Assembly: GCA_046293175.1 (NCBI GenBank)
Contig: JBKBPM010000001.1
Span: forward strand, 511,847-575,846
DNA from: Minisyncoccia bacterium
GTDB taxonomy: Bacteria; Patescibacteriota; Minisyncoccia; Phycocordibacterales; UBA918
Reading direction: 5' to 3'
DNA length: 64,000 bases
The first letter of the stretch is position 1. Every line of letters starts with the position of its first letter. The notes under the pieces were generated by a model. That model worked only from the letters and a program-made list of their open reading frames with translations, did no database searches and had not been told where the DNA came from. Below, one piece after another: positions 1-9,218 of the stretch. Both the position numbers and the translations under genes were made by a program.

Positions 1-4
1 CACG

Positions 5-574
5 TTATCCGAAATGAACTTCAACCAGCTTCAAAAAGTACTGTTCGCGAAAGTCGACGAAGTCCTGCCGCGAACGGATGTTGACTATCACTCGCTCACC
101 AAACCGCAACCTCACCTGACTCTCAATGAGCCAGGATAGGAGGATATTACCGGTCTCAAACGGGTGTATGCACCGGAACAGCGCACCAATACCCCAGGCT
201 ACATCCGCCGGCTCGCTCGCAACAGCTTGAAACGCTCCAGTGAGCACCTGCTCATAGGCGGGATAGAATACCCGATCGAGAAGTTGCTCGACCCGCTCCG
301 GCGATTGATAATCGCGAAATGTGCCACTAATACCCACCAATCTGGTCGCACGAAACTTTCCAGCCCGAGTATCCGTATCGGTAAAAATCACCCGATGACA
401 CGCCCGCATAGGAAACGGGTGTTGCGGATGTAACCAAAATGATCGAGCTACTTCAGTAGCTGCCACCACTTCCTTTGGTCTCAACGGCATCAGCTTTGGT
501 TCCTGCTCTTGGAACTTTCGCATGAATTCGTTGAGTAGGCGCGTGCTTTCAATGGGGGTCGGAATTTTGACCAT
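5..574 (-). CDS. Fic/DOC-family-like protein (degenerate HPFxxGN motif)
   Basis: 189 aa ORF. Motif ...CIHPFETGNILLSWL resembles the Fic/Doc core HPFx(D/E)GN but lacks the canonical GNGR. Complete ORF with stop at the window edge. Confidence 0.45.
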   Translation of the reverse strand: MVKIPTPIESTRLLNEFMRKFQEQEPKLMPLRPKEVVAATEVARSFWLHPQHPFPMRACHRVIFTDTDTRAGKFRATRLVGISGTFRDYQSPERVEQLLDRVFYPAYEQVLTGAFQAVASEPADVAWGIGALFRCIHPFETGNILLSWLIESQVRLRFGERVIVNIRSRQDFVDFREQYFLKLVEVHFG

Positions 575-624
575 TTAAGCCTCCCTACTCTGTTATAGTT
601 GCGTCCGCAAAATACTATACGCCG

Positions 625-1734
625 CTATTTCGCAGATGCAAGGTATTCCTCTACCACCCTGGCCACCGCCTCGGGCGTATCTTGTTCCATGAGAAGATGG
701 CGTAATTCGGCCGCTCCATGCCAGCCGCCGACGTAGGCTTTGTAGTGTTTTTTCATGACGGCGAAGTTCTTGAATGGCAGGAGCTCAACAAAGAGCTTTG
801 TGTGTTCAACGAGAACCCGCAGCCGTTCTTCGATACTAATGTACTCGATATCGGCGACACTGGTGTCTGTGGTCATAATAGTGTCGCGGTTCACGCCATG
901 CGTTGGGAGAGCGGTAAGGCGAGTCGGTAAACGACGAGTCGGGTGGAAGAACCACGGATTACCAAACAGTGCACGCCCCACCATCGCGCCATCAAGACCG
1001 TATTCAAGTGCCTTCTGGCGACCGTCTTCGGCGGAGAGAACATCGCCATTGCCGACGACCTTGGTCTCGGGAGCTATTTCGTTGCGCAGCTCTACTACGC
1101 GCCGAAGGCGTTCCCAGCGGGCCGGGACTTTGCTCATCTCCTTGCGCGTACGAGCGTGAACAGTGAGGGCCGCTGGCTTCTCACCGAGGATGACTGGTAT
1201 CCATTCTTCGACCTGATCGGTGTTGTACCCGAGGCGCGTCTTTACTGAGACGGGGATACCGCCGTCGTCGCTCTTGGCGCCCCGCTTCGCCGCCTGTATG
1301 ACCGCGCGTGCAATATCAGGTGTCTTAATCATCGCAGCGCCACAACCTTGGTCGATAATCGCTCCCGCCGGGCAGCCCATATTGATATCAATCCCATCAA
1401 ACCCGAGCTCTAAACAGAGACGTGCCGCATACTCCATATGCTCCGGGTGCCGGGTAAAGAGCTGGGCGATAATTGGCCTTTCTTCTTCACTATAGATAAG
1501 GTCGGCCATGAGCTTCACTTTGCCCTCGGGTGTGGCGCGAACGAGGCCATCAGCCGCCACAAACTCCGTCCAGGTGATATCAGCCCCTCCCTCTGTGCCA
1601 TCAGCGCGAGTATGGTGTGAGTACTTCGCGATCATCTGACGAAAGGCCGCGTCGGTGACGTCGGCCATCGGCGCGATAGCAAGAAATGGTGTTGGGAGTT
1701 GTTGCCAGAAGTTCATAGTTGTTGTACTGTACAC
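625..1734 (-). CDS. dus: tRNA-dihydrouridine synthase
   Basis: 369 aa. DINMGCPA active-site motif and the FMN-binding TIM-barrel pattern (GFDGIDINMGCP...K) typical of Dus enzymes. Confidence 0.85.
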   Translation of the reverse strand: MYSTTTMNFWQQLPTPFLAIAPMADVTDAAFRQMIAKYSHHTRADGTEGGADITWTEFVAADGLVRATPEGKVKLMADLIYSEEERPIIAQLFTRHPEHMEYAARLCLELGFDGIDINMGCPAGAIIDQGCGAAMIKTPDIARAVIQAAKRGAKSDDGGIPVSVKTRLGYNTDQVEEWIPVILGEKPAALTVHARTRKEMSKVPARWERLRRVVELRNEIAPETKVVGNGDVLSAEDGRQKALEYGLDGAMVGRALFGNPWFFHPTRRLPTRLTALPTHGVNRDTIMTTDTSVADIEYISIEERLRVLVEHTKLFVELLPFKNFAVMKKHYKAYVGGWHGAAELRHLLMEQDTPEAVARVVEEYLASAK

Positions 1735-1761
1735 GATAGTATAAAAAGCTCAAGGTGACCC

Positions 1762-2022
1762 ATGAATACCAGAGATACTGTCTGGCTGGTGGTGCGTAGC
1801 TACGCGTGGTTTGCGGCCTTGTGGGCACTCGCTTCGTTCCAGCTTAAGAATGTCGCACTGGCACTGATTCATGCTCCTGACATCGCATCCCTAGTCCAAC
1901 TCTTGGCAACAACAAAAGGTGTCTTCATGTTGCTTGAAAGCATTGCTGGATACCGCATGCTCAGCCGACCGGAAAACGAACAAGTCGCTTACCTTGAAAT
2001 CATAAAGCAACGAGTATGCTAA
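1762..2022 (+). CDS. hypothetical small membrane protein
   Basis: 86 aa ORF with a hydrophobic N-terminus, followed directly by a hairpin plus T-run terminator (2022-2060). Confidence 0.35.
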   Translation: MNTRDTVWLVVRSYAWFAALWALASFQLKNVALALIHAPDIASLVQLLATTKGVFMLLESIAGYRMLSRPENEQVAYLEIIKQRVC

Positions 2023-2023
2023 C

Positions 2024-2060
2024 GCCACCGGAGGGGCCATCTCCCTGGTGGCCTTTTCAT
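2024..2060 (+). terminator. rho-independent terminator
   Basis: Stem gccaccggagggg/ctccctggtggc followed by cttttcatttt. Confidence 0.6.
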
Positions 2061-2061
2061 T

Positions 2062-3018
2062 TTATGCATCATCAGTACTATCTGCGTCCTCTTCATTGGC
2101 GGGTGCCGTAACTTCACTAACCGGTTCACTACTCGTTGCGGTAGAGGTCGCACGACTACCCGGCGCTTCTTCATTTATAAATACCTTGTTCCCGAAGCGT
2201 AGGTCGATGTATTGAAAGCTACCTGGTTTGATATCCGAAAATTCTTTTGAGGCGAGAATGCTCTTGAGGTTCGAGATAGTTTCCTCCGAAGACATCCGTA
2301 AAGTCGCTTTGATTTCGCCACCGCCCGCCACTCCGAGGAAGACATCACGTACCATATCCGTCTCTACAAAAGCAATGGGAAGACCGAGTTCACCACTAAG
2401 CGCTTCACGCAAGGTTTCAATCGCTCGGAGATCATCGGTCGGAATCATTACGGTTCGCTCTTTGGCGTCGGTGCCAATCGTATGAAAACGTGGGAAGGTG
2501 CCGCCTTCGAGCTGTGGCGCACGAGTAAATGCATAGCCAGTGTCGTCAATAAAGTAACACTCTTCACTGTCCCGCCCCTGACACCAGAGTGCATGCGGAA
2601 TATATTCACTAAAACTGATATTGATAGCCGTGCCACTTACCCGCTCGAGCACCGGATCTTTGACCCGGGGAATAGTGCGCACTTGCTCCAAGATTTCTTC
2701 ATCTGGGTAGGTCCAGGCAAAGCGACGGGGTACGAGCCCAACGTAGTTGCCCTCGAGGAGTCCTTCGACAGTCTTTTTAACGGTCTCGTGGTTGATGGTC
2801 TCGCCACCTTCAACGGTCACGGTAGTGATAGTCAAAAATGAGACACGAGTGCCGTACCATACCGCCGTCACCAATAGAGCAATAATAACCAAAATACTCA
2901 GGCCGATGATCACCTGCCGCAGAATCGCGCGCGTACGCGGATCCCACTGGCGACGCTGCTTCTTCGCCTTCAGTGGGGCGGCAAATTTCTTTTTGACCGG
3001 AGACTTCTGTTTGAACAT
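2062..3018 (-). CDS. FtsQ/DivIB-like POTRA-domain membrane protein
   Basis: 318 aa. Basic N-terminus, single TM, then a POTRA-like segment (VSFLTITTVTVEGGETINHETVKKTVEGLLEGN...) and an acidic C-terminal tail. Not adjacent to ftsA/ftsZ. Confidence 0.45.
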   Translation of the reverse strand: MFKQKSPVKKKFAAPLKAKKQRRQWDPRTRAILRQVIIGLSILVIIALLVTAVWYGTRVSFLTITTVTVEGGETINHETVKKTVEGLLEGNYVGLVPRRFAWTYPDEEILEQVRTIPRVKDPVLERVSGTAINISFSEYIPHALWCQGRDSEECYFIDDTGYAFTRAPQLEGGTFPRFHTIGTDAKERTVMIPTDDLRAIETLREALSGELGLPIAFVETDMVRDVFLGVAGGGEIKATLRMSSEETISNLKSILASKEFSDIKPGSFQYIDLRFGNKVFINEEAPGSRATSTATSSEPVSEVTAPANEEDADSTDDA

Positions 3019-3049
3019 GGTACCCAGTGTAGCATATCAAAAAATAGAC

Positions 3050-3120
3050 AAACCGCTGTCGGGAGCAACGCTCCCGACAGCGGTTTGATTGTCTAAGTAA
3101 GGGGTCTGACCCCTTACTTA
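3050..3120. terminator. two tandem perfect hairpins (bidirectional terminator between ftsQ-like and serS)
   Basis: aaaccgctgtcgggagc-aacg-ctcccgacagcggttt (17-bp stem) and taagtaagggg-tctga-ccccttactta (11-bp stem). Confidence 0.7.
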
Positions 3121-3123
3121 CAT

Positions 3124-4386
3124 TTATCCGATCTTGGCCTTACCGAAGTAAGGTATCAGTACATCCGGAATCTTAATCGATCCATCAGCCTGCTGGAGAT
3201 TCTCGACCAGCGAGACGAGGATGCGAGGTGCTGCCACTGCGGTGTTATTGAGTGAATGAGCGTAGCGTACGGTGCCGTCAGTGTCCTTGTAACGAATATT
3301 GAACCGGCGAGTCTGGAAGTCATGGAAGTATGAAGCGGAGTGAGTCTCACGATACTTCTCTTCTTTTGGTACCCAGGCTTCGATGTCATACTTCTTGACC
3401 TGACCCTGACCGATGTCGGCACCACAGTTGAGGACCACGTGGTATGGGATACCGAGCGACTGCATAAAGTCTTCGGTATTCTTCGTGATTTCTTCGTGCC
3501 ACTTTACACTCTCTTCATGTGAGGCTTCACAGAGAACGATCTGCTCTACTTTGTAAAACTCATGCACGCGGATAAGACCCTTCACGTCTTTACTGTGACT
3601 GCCGGCTTCACGACGGTAACAGGGTGAAAAGGCGAGGAACTTTACTGGGAGCTCACTCTTATCAAGGACCTCATCACTATAAAAGCCCATACCAGAAACT
3701 TCACTGGTACCAATGAGGTAGTCATCGTCTTGGGTACGGAAGACATCGTCAGCGTCGTTCGGGAGATGTCCGGTACCGTAGAGGTTTTGCTTACGGACGA
3801 TGGTTGGCGGCAACATCTGCACGAAGTCGCGTGCCCCAAAGAAATCGTTCGCGTAATTCCATATCGCCCACATTAACCGTGCGCCATCGCCGAGCATGTA
3901 GTAGCCGCGGAAGCCGTGCACTTTAGCACCACGTTCAAAATCAACCATCTTGTGGGCAAGCATGAGCTCGATATGGTCTTTGGCCGGAAACGGAAACTTG
4001 GTTTGCTCACCCCAAGCACGCACCTCGACATTGTCGGCATCACTCTCGCCGTCTGGAACCGTCATATCGGGAATATTCGGCACCTGGAGCATCAAGGCCT
4101 TCCATTCTTCAAGGACAGGCTTTAGCTGCTCTTCTTCGGCCTGTACGGCTGCCTTCACGCTCTGCATGGCGGTGATGAGTGGTTCACGGACGCTCGCATC
4201 ACTCGCTTTGGCAATTTCATCGGACACGCGATTTTGCTCGGCTTTTTTACTCTCGATACTCGACATGAGAGAGCGGCGAGTATCATCAAGCGTCACCAGG
4301 CGATCAAGATCCACCTTGATTTTCTTTTTGACTGCCGCTGCCTTCACAATATCGAGGTTTTCGCGAATAAATTTGATGTCGAGCAT
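3124..4386 (-). CDS. serS: seryl-tRNA synthetase
   Basis: 420 aa. N-terminal coiled-coil arm and class-II core with typical SerRS sequence (MLDIKFIREN..., motif 2/3 region GxxREAGSHSKDxxGLIRVHEF). Confidence 0.95.
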   Translation of the reverse strand: MLDIKFIRENLDIVKAAAVKKKIKVDLDRLVTLDDTRRSLMSSIESKKAEQNRVSDEIAKASDASVREPLITAMQSVKAAVQAEEEQLKPVLEEWKALMLQVPNIPDMTVPDGESDADNVEVRAWGEQTKFPFPAKDHIELMLAHKMVDFERGAKVHGFRGYYMLGDGARLMWAIWNYANDFFGARDFVQMLPPTIVRKQNLYGTGHLPNDADDVFRTQDDDYLIGTSEVSGMGFYSDEVLDKSELPVKFLAFSPCYRREAGSHSKDVKGLIRVHEFYKVEQIVLCEASHEESVKWHEEITKNTEDFMQSLGIPYHVVLNCGADIGQGQVKKYDIEAWVPKEEKYRETHSASYFHDFQTRRFNIRYKDTDGTVRYAHSLNNTAVAAPRILVSLVENLQQADGSIKIPDVLIPYFGKAKIG

Positions 4387-4479
4387 ACCTTAATTTCTAC
4401 AATAATAACGTTAAAAGTATACACGAGTTTGCAAATAGATAAAGAAAAGTGTACGCTCGTTCTCAGAAAGGAGTCGTCC

Positions 4480-4980
4480 ATGAACGTATTGCTTTACGAC
4501 TCATCGCGACTGCCTCCGGCAGTACAACCGTACGCTGACGGTATGAATACTCCGGCACCTACCTATCCAGATTACCCGAAGGAAGTCGTCCATCTCGCCA
4601 AGCAGCTACGACGAATTGCCTTGCGCAAGTTCACGAATGAACACCCCGGACTGCAATGGGGCAAGTTCCCTGACTACCACGACATCATGGGTCAGGAAAT
4701 CCAACTGTTCGGTAATCAAATCCTCGAAAAGGCTGTTAATGTCGAAGATGACAAGGCGTGGGGTCGACTCTGCGCTCGCTGTCCGCGAGTCGCCTACCTC
4801 ACCGAGAAGTTCGAGGGCGGGATCACGATCACGACGCGTCAACAAGCCAAAGCGCAACGTCAGCGCATTTGGAAGTACGCCATGGCGGATCCACGAACAC
4901 TTGGCGAGATTGAGGAGTACGTCATCGGACAAGTTCGCTTCGGTATTCCGACGCGGTCAAACCACCCACCTTGTGAGTAG
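4480..4980 (+). CDS. hypothetical protein
   Basis: 166 aa reading from the internal Met (MNVLLYDSS...). The longer ORF in the track overlaps the serS start, so I use the internal start. Confidence 0.4.
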   Translation: MNVLLYDSSRLPPAVQPYADGMNTPAPTYPDYPKEVVHLAKQLRRIALRKFTNEHPGLQWGKFPDYHDIMGQEIQLFGNQILEKAVNVEDDKAWGRLCARCPRVAYLTEKFEGGITITTRQQAKAQRQRIWKYAMADPRTLGEIEEYVIGQVRFGIPTRSNHPPCE

Positions 4981-5028
4981 CGGCGGACCAGTCTCTGGTC
5001 TGCCGCGTTTTTATGCTACAATTTTTTT

Positions 5029-5910
5029 ATGGGTACCTTGCCACTACGGCAGTTACTACGGGAAGAATTCCCGGCTCTTTTGGCGGAAATCCCCCAACCA
5101 CCGAAGTCTCTCTGGGCAGTCGGCAATCTCCCTCCCCCTGATCTCACTCTCCTTGCGGTTGTTGGCTCTCGAAGTCACACCACCTACGGAAAACAGGCGG
5201 TCGAACAACTGATTGGTGGTCTTGCGGGCTACCCCGTTGGTATCGTCTCCGGTCTCGCCTTAGGGATTGATGCACTCGCGCACGAGACGGCACTGCAGGC
5301 CGGTCTCTACACGCTTGCTGTCCCGGGCAGTGGCCTCGGTGAGCAAGTCATCTACCCGGCGACCAATCGTCGCTTGGCGCAGCGCATTGTTGAAGCTGGT
5401 GGTGGACTGTTATCCGAACTCTCACCCGATACGCGCGCGGCACTGTGGACCTTTCCGCAGCGGAACCGCATCATGGCCGGGATGTGTCGGGTGACACTCC
5501 TCATCGAAGCCGGTGAGAAGTCAGGTACCCTCATCACCGCACGCATGGCCGTGGACTACAATCGCGAACTTCTCGTAGTACCCGGGAGTATCTTCTCCCC
5601 GACCTCACGTGGCTGCCACCAATTCCTCAAGCTCGGGGCCACACCCGTAACCTCGGCCGCAGACATCCTCGAAGCACTCAACATTGCACAAATTGAGGCG
5701 GAATCGAAAATTGCGAACGAGAGCAATCTCTCACCCGAAGCCATACTCGTCCTCAGCCATCTCCCTGAACCAACCGACCGCGATACCCTCATCTCCCGTC
5801 TCGGTCTCCCGACTGCTGCCGCCAATATTGTCCTCATGCAGGTTGAGCTCGAGGGACACATCGTGACAGAAGGTGGTGTCTATACAGCAATCACGCATTT
5901 TGTACGATAG
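5029..5910 (+). CDS. dprA: DNA processing protein DprA (Smf)
   Basis: 293 aa. Rossmann-like DprA core: LLAVVGSRSHTTYGKQ..., GIDALAHETAL, GEKSGTLITARMA. Confidence 0.85.
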   Translation: MGTLPLRQLLREEFPALLAEIPQPPKSLWAVGNLPPPDLTLLAVVGSRSHTTYGKQAVEQLIGGLAGYPVGIVSGLALGIDALAHETALQAGLYTLAVPGSGLGEQVIYPATNRRLAQRIVEAGGGLLSELSPDTRAALWTFPQRNRIMAGMCRVTLLIEAGEKSGTLITARMAVDYNRELLVVPGSIFSPTSRGCHQFLKLGATPVTSAADILEALNIAQIEAESKIANESNLSPEAILVLSHLPEPTDRDTLISRLGLPTAAANIVLMQVELEGHIVTEGGVYTAITHFVR

Positions 5911-6123
5911 TAGTGAAAACTTACTATCCCCAAGTAGGTTTATCCGCATAGAGTGCTGTAAAAATGTTCGCAGACAAGGAACGCGAGTAAGGCAATGCGA
6001 GCCGTATTGATAATACGGTGAGTATTGAGGAGCGAGCAGTGACGCTGTATCCGGACATTTTGGCTGTGTTCTATTGTTTGACAGAAAGTAGTAAACCTAG
6101 TATTTGTTACGGCACACACATAT

Positions 6124-8472
6124 ATGAGTACCCTCGTCATCGTAGAGTCACCAGCCAAAGCCAAAACCATTGAAAAGTACCTTGGCAAAGGCTATACCGT
6201 CATGTCCTCCATTGGGCACGTGCGGGATTTGCCAAAGACAAACAAAGACGCCGTTGATATTGAGGCGGGTTTTGTGCCGCGCTACATCATTTCGCCCGGT
6301 AAAGAAAAGGTTATTGCCGACCTCCAAAAAGCGGCCAAAAGTGCCGATCTCGTTCTCCTCGCGTCCGACCCGGACCGCGAAGGAGAAGCTATTGCTTGGC
6401 ACATAGCCGAACTCATTAAAGGAGCAAACAAAAATCTTAAACGTGTCGTCTTTCACGAAATTACCGAAGACGCCGTGAAAGAAGCTATCACGCATCCTCG
6501 CGCCATTGATGAAAATCTCAAGGAAGCGCAAGAAGCCCGTCGTGTACTTGATCGTCTCGTTGGTTACGACCTCTCAGGGCTTATTTGGAAAAAAGTGCGT
6601 TACGGTCTTTCGGCTGGTCGTGTGCAATCACCGGCCTTGCGTATCATCATGGAGCGTGAGCGCGAAATCAGAGCCTTTGTACCTGAAGATTTCTTTGTAC
6701 TCACAACCACAGCCAAAGCGGGCAATACGGTGTTGCCACTCACCTGTACTATCGAGCCAAGCGAAAAAGCTGAAGCCGATCGTATCAAAAAAGTCGGTGA
6801 AAAAGGTACCTGGGTCGTAACCGACCTCAAAGAAACCGAGGCGCGTCGCGCACCTCGTGCACCGTTTACCACCTCAACCATCCAGCAAGCCGCTTCAACC
6901 CGACTTGGATTTTCGCCATCTCGCACTATGGGAGCGGCACAAAAACTCTACGAAGCGGGACACATTACTTACATGCGTACGGACAGTACAACCTTGAGTG
7001 TGGTAGCGCAAAAGCAAATCATCGCCCACATTAGTGCCGAGTACGGCAAAGACTACCTCGCACCACGTCAGTACAAGACCAAGAGTAAGTCAGCCCAAGA
7101 AGCCCACGAAGCAATTCGTCCGACAAATATTGCCGTGAAGAGCGCTGGTCTTACTCAAGACCAAAAGGCACTCTACGAACTCATCTGGCGGCGGACCGTG
7201 AGTTCACAAATGAGTGATGCGCTATTTGCCCGCACAAAGGTTGTCGCAAACATTGCCGGTAAAGAGACGATTCCAGACTTCGCTGTCACCGGTGCTCGCA
7301 TCACCTTTGATGGTTGGCTTAAGGTGGACACCGCCTCACGTGGTGAAGATGTCGAAGTCCCAAAACTAGGTATCGGCACCGAGCTAACGGTAAAAGAAAT
7401 CGCTGTTGAAGCCAAACAAACCCAACCGCCCAACCGCTACACGGAAGCTGGTCTCATTAAGGAACTTGAAAAGCGTGGTATTGGCCGGCCATCAACCTAT
7501 GCCAGTATCATGAACACTATCACCGAACGTGGGTATGTCACCAAAGAAGGTCGTACGCTTATTCCGACCGATACGGGAGATGTGGTTTCAACGTTTCTTG
7601 AGCAGTACTTTGGTGAGTATATTAGTGATACCTTCACGAGTGAGATGGAGGACGAACTTGATGAAATCGCCGAAGGCAAGCGCACTTACGAAAAGACGCT
7701 TAAGGATTTCTATACCCAGTTTAGCAAAGACGTGGCCGCTAAAGAAGATATCCCAAAGCTCACGAATCTCGGCGCTGGTCCAAAACAATTCCCTTGCCCT
7801 ACCTGCGGTGCTGGCATGGTAATAAAGCTCGGCCGTTCGGGAACCTTCCTCTCGTGCGAACGCTACCCAGACTGTGAAGGCGCTCGCCTCATAGATGGCA
7901 ATGAACTGAAGGCCGAAGCGCCAATTGGCAAGCACCCCGAGACTGGAGAGGATATCTATGTACTTAATGGTAAATACGGACCGTATGTCCAGCTTGGTGC
8001 CACCCCAGAAAAGGTAAAGGGCAAAAAAACGGTGACACCAAAGCGCGCGAGTCTCCCGGCTGGTGTGAAGATGGAAGATGTGACGCTCGAGATGGCAACC
8101 AAGTATCTCATCTTACCCCGCGAACTCGGCACCCATCCTGACACCGGGGAACCTGTGATAGCCAACACTGGACAGTATGGTCCGTACATTGCCCACGCAG
8201 GTGATTTCCGTTCCCTTAAGGGTAACGATGATCCGTACACCATTACCTTCAAGCGCGCACTTGAGATATTGAAAGAACCAAAGCCGGGCCGCAAGGGCGA
8301 AACCATCCTCAAACAAATTGGCATCCATCCTCGCACTCGCAAACTCATCAACCTCTACGAATCAAAATCAGGACGCTACTTTCGCAAGGGTTTCAAACGT
8401 ATCAGTATTCCAGACAACATGAAGACGGAGGATATCACCCTTGAGGTGGCTCTTGAGTTACTAAAGCAATAG
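6124..8472 (+). CDS. topA: DNA topoisomerase I
   Basis: 782 aa. Toprim domain (STLVIVESPAKAKTIEKYLG), active-site Tyr region, C-terminal Zn-ribbon (CPTCGAGM...CERYPDC). Confidence 0.95.
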   Translation: MSTLVIVESPAKAKTIEKYLGKGYTVMSSIGHVRDLPKTNKDAVDIEAGFVPRYIISPGKEKVIADLQKAAKSADLVLLASDPDREGEAIAWHIAELIKGANKNLKRVVFHEITEDAVKEAITHPRAIDENLKEAQEARRVLDRLVGYDLSGLIWKKVRYGLSAGRVQSPALRIIMEREREIRAFVPEDFFVLTTTAKAGNTVLPLTCTIEPSEKAEADRIKKVGEKGTWVVTDLKETEARRAPRAPFTTSTIQQAASTRLGFSPSRTMGAAQKLYEAGHITYMRTDSTTLSVVAQKQIIAHISAEYGKDYLAPRQYKTKSKSAQEAHEAIRPTNIAVKSAGLTQDQKALYELIWRRTVSSQMSDALFARTKVVANIAGKETIPDFAVTGARITFDGWLKVDTASRGEDVEVPKLGIGTELTVKEIAVEAKQTQPPNRYTEAGLIKELEKRGIGRPSTYASIMNTITERGYVTKEGRTLIPTDTGDVVSTFLEQYFGEYISDTFTSEMEDELDEIAEGKRTYEKTLKDFYTQFSKDVAAKEDIPKLTNLGAGPKQFPCPTCGAGMVIKLGRSGTFLSCERYPDCEGARLIDGNELKAEAPIGKHPETGEDIYVLNGKYGPYVQLGATPEKVKGKKTVTPKRASLPAGVKMEDVTLEMATKYLILPRELGTHPDTGEPVIANTGQYGPYIAHAGDFRSLKGNDDPYTITFKRALEILKEPKPGRKGETILKQIGIHPRTRKLINLYESKSGRYFRKGFKRISIPDNMKTEDITLEVALELLKQ

Positions 8473-8485
8473 TTCAAGGCAAGAC

Positions 8486-8532
8486 CTCGAACTAAATCAT
8501 CAAGCACGAGGTCTCGCCTCGTGCTTTGATAT
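8486..8532 (+). terminator. tandem hairpin terminators after topA
   Basis: gacctcg...cgaggtc and agcacgagg-tctcg-cctcgtgct. Confidence 0.55.
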
Positions 8533-8721
8533 TACCGATACATTTCAACATTCTTACAAAAATCGCTGTTCGAAATCTTGCTTTGAACTTGAATTTCTAA
8601 TATAAAAAGGTGCTATTTGAAGCACCTGAGATTATTGCGCTTATTGCGCTGTTATTTTGCAATAATTAAAGAGCTAGTTGAAGGTGAGCGAGTCCGCCCA
8701 CCTTCGCGACCTGGTCTAGGC

Positions 8722-8925
8722 TCAGCTCCTCAGCGGTTCTTGGTAGACAGTTCCGCAAGTTCCGATCCGTCCAACCACCTGGACACCGGCCGGCATCTTT
8801 GCAATGGGGTACCCGCTCGGCGAGATGGTGGCCGGGGAAATGCCGTGCCACTTTTCAGCATCCGAAAGCTTGGCCGTCGGAAGGGGTCCTTGGGTGACCA
8901 TCGTATACTTTTTGGTTTTCATCAT
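8722..8925 (-). CDS. hypothetical small protein
   Basis: 67 aa. AAGGA ribosome-binding site 5 nt upstream of ATGATG. A hairpin terminator (aggtgcttcaaatagcacctttttt on the minus strand, about 8604-8630) follows. Confidence 0.35.
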   Translation of the reverse strand: MMKTKKYTMVTQGPLPTAKLSDAEKWHGISPATISPSGYPIAKMPAGVQVVGRIGTCGTVYQEPLRS

Positions 8926-9183
8926 CTGTCCTTATTTCCGTATTTCACGCGGGTGATGTTTTTACTTGCAGACCAGCAAGCTTCGGTTTACACGTTGTCC
9001 CAAACGTGTAAGTAAAATTGAACCACAAAGACGAGCACAATGCAAGAAATCCATATCTACAGTCCCAAGGGTTTACACCGTAAGAAATCTCTCATTTGCT
9101 CAGTTGGTTACAACCAGCGAAGCGAAGTAATAAAATGCGCAGATGTTAGCGTATCACTGTAGGAGATTTCTAACGGGGTGAAC

Positions 9184-9212
9184 TTGCTATTCCTACCACT
9201 CTTCCCTACAAT
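9184..9212 (+). promoter_or_regulatory. sigma70-like promoter for relA (TTGCTA-17-TACAAT)
   Basis: -35 TTGCTA at 9184-9189, 17-nt spacer, -10 TACAAT at 9207-9212. The ATG at 9219 is 7 nt downstream, so the mRNA would be leaderless. Confidence 0.45.
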
Positions 9213-9218
9213 GACTTT

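Noticed and set aside
8617-9015. 132-aa plus-strand ORF in the topA-relA intergenic region
   Set aside because: Arg/Leu/Gly-rich composition, no RBS, and it overlaps the better-supported 67-aa minus-strand ORF and terminator structures.
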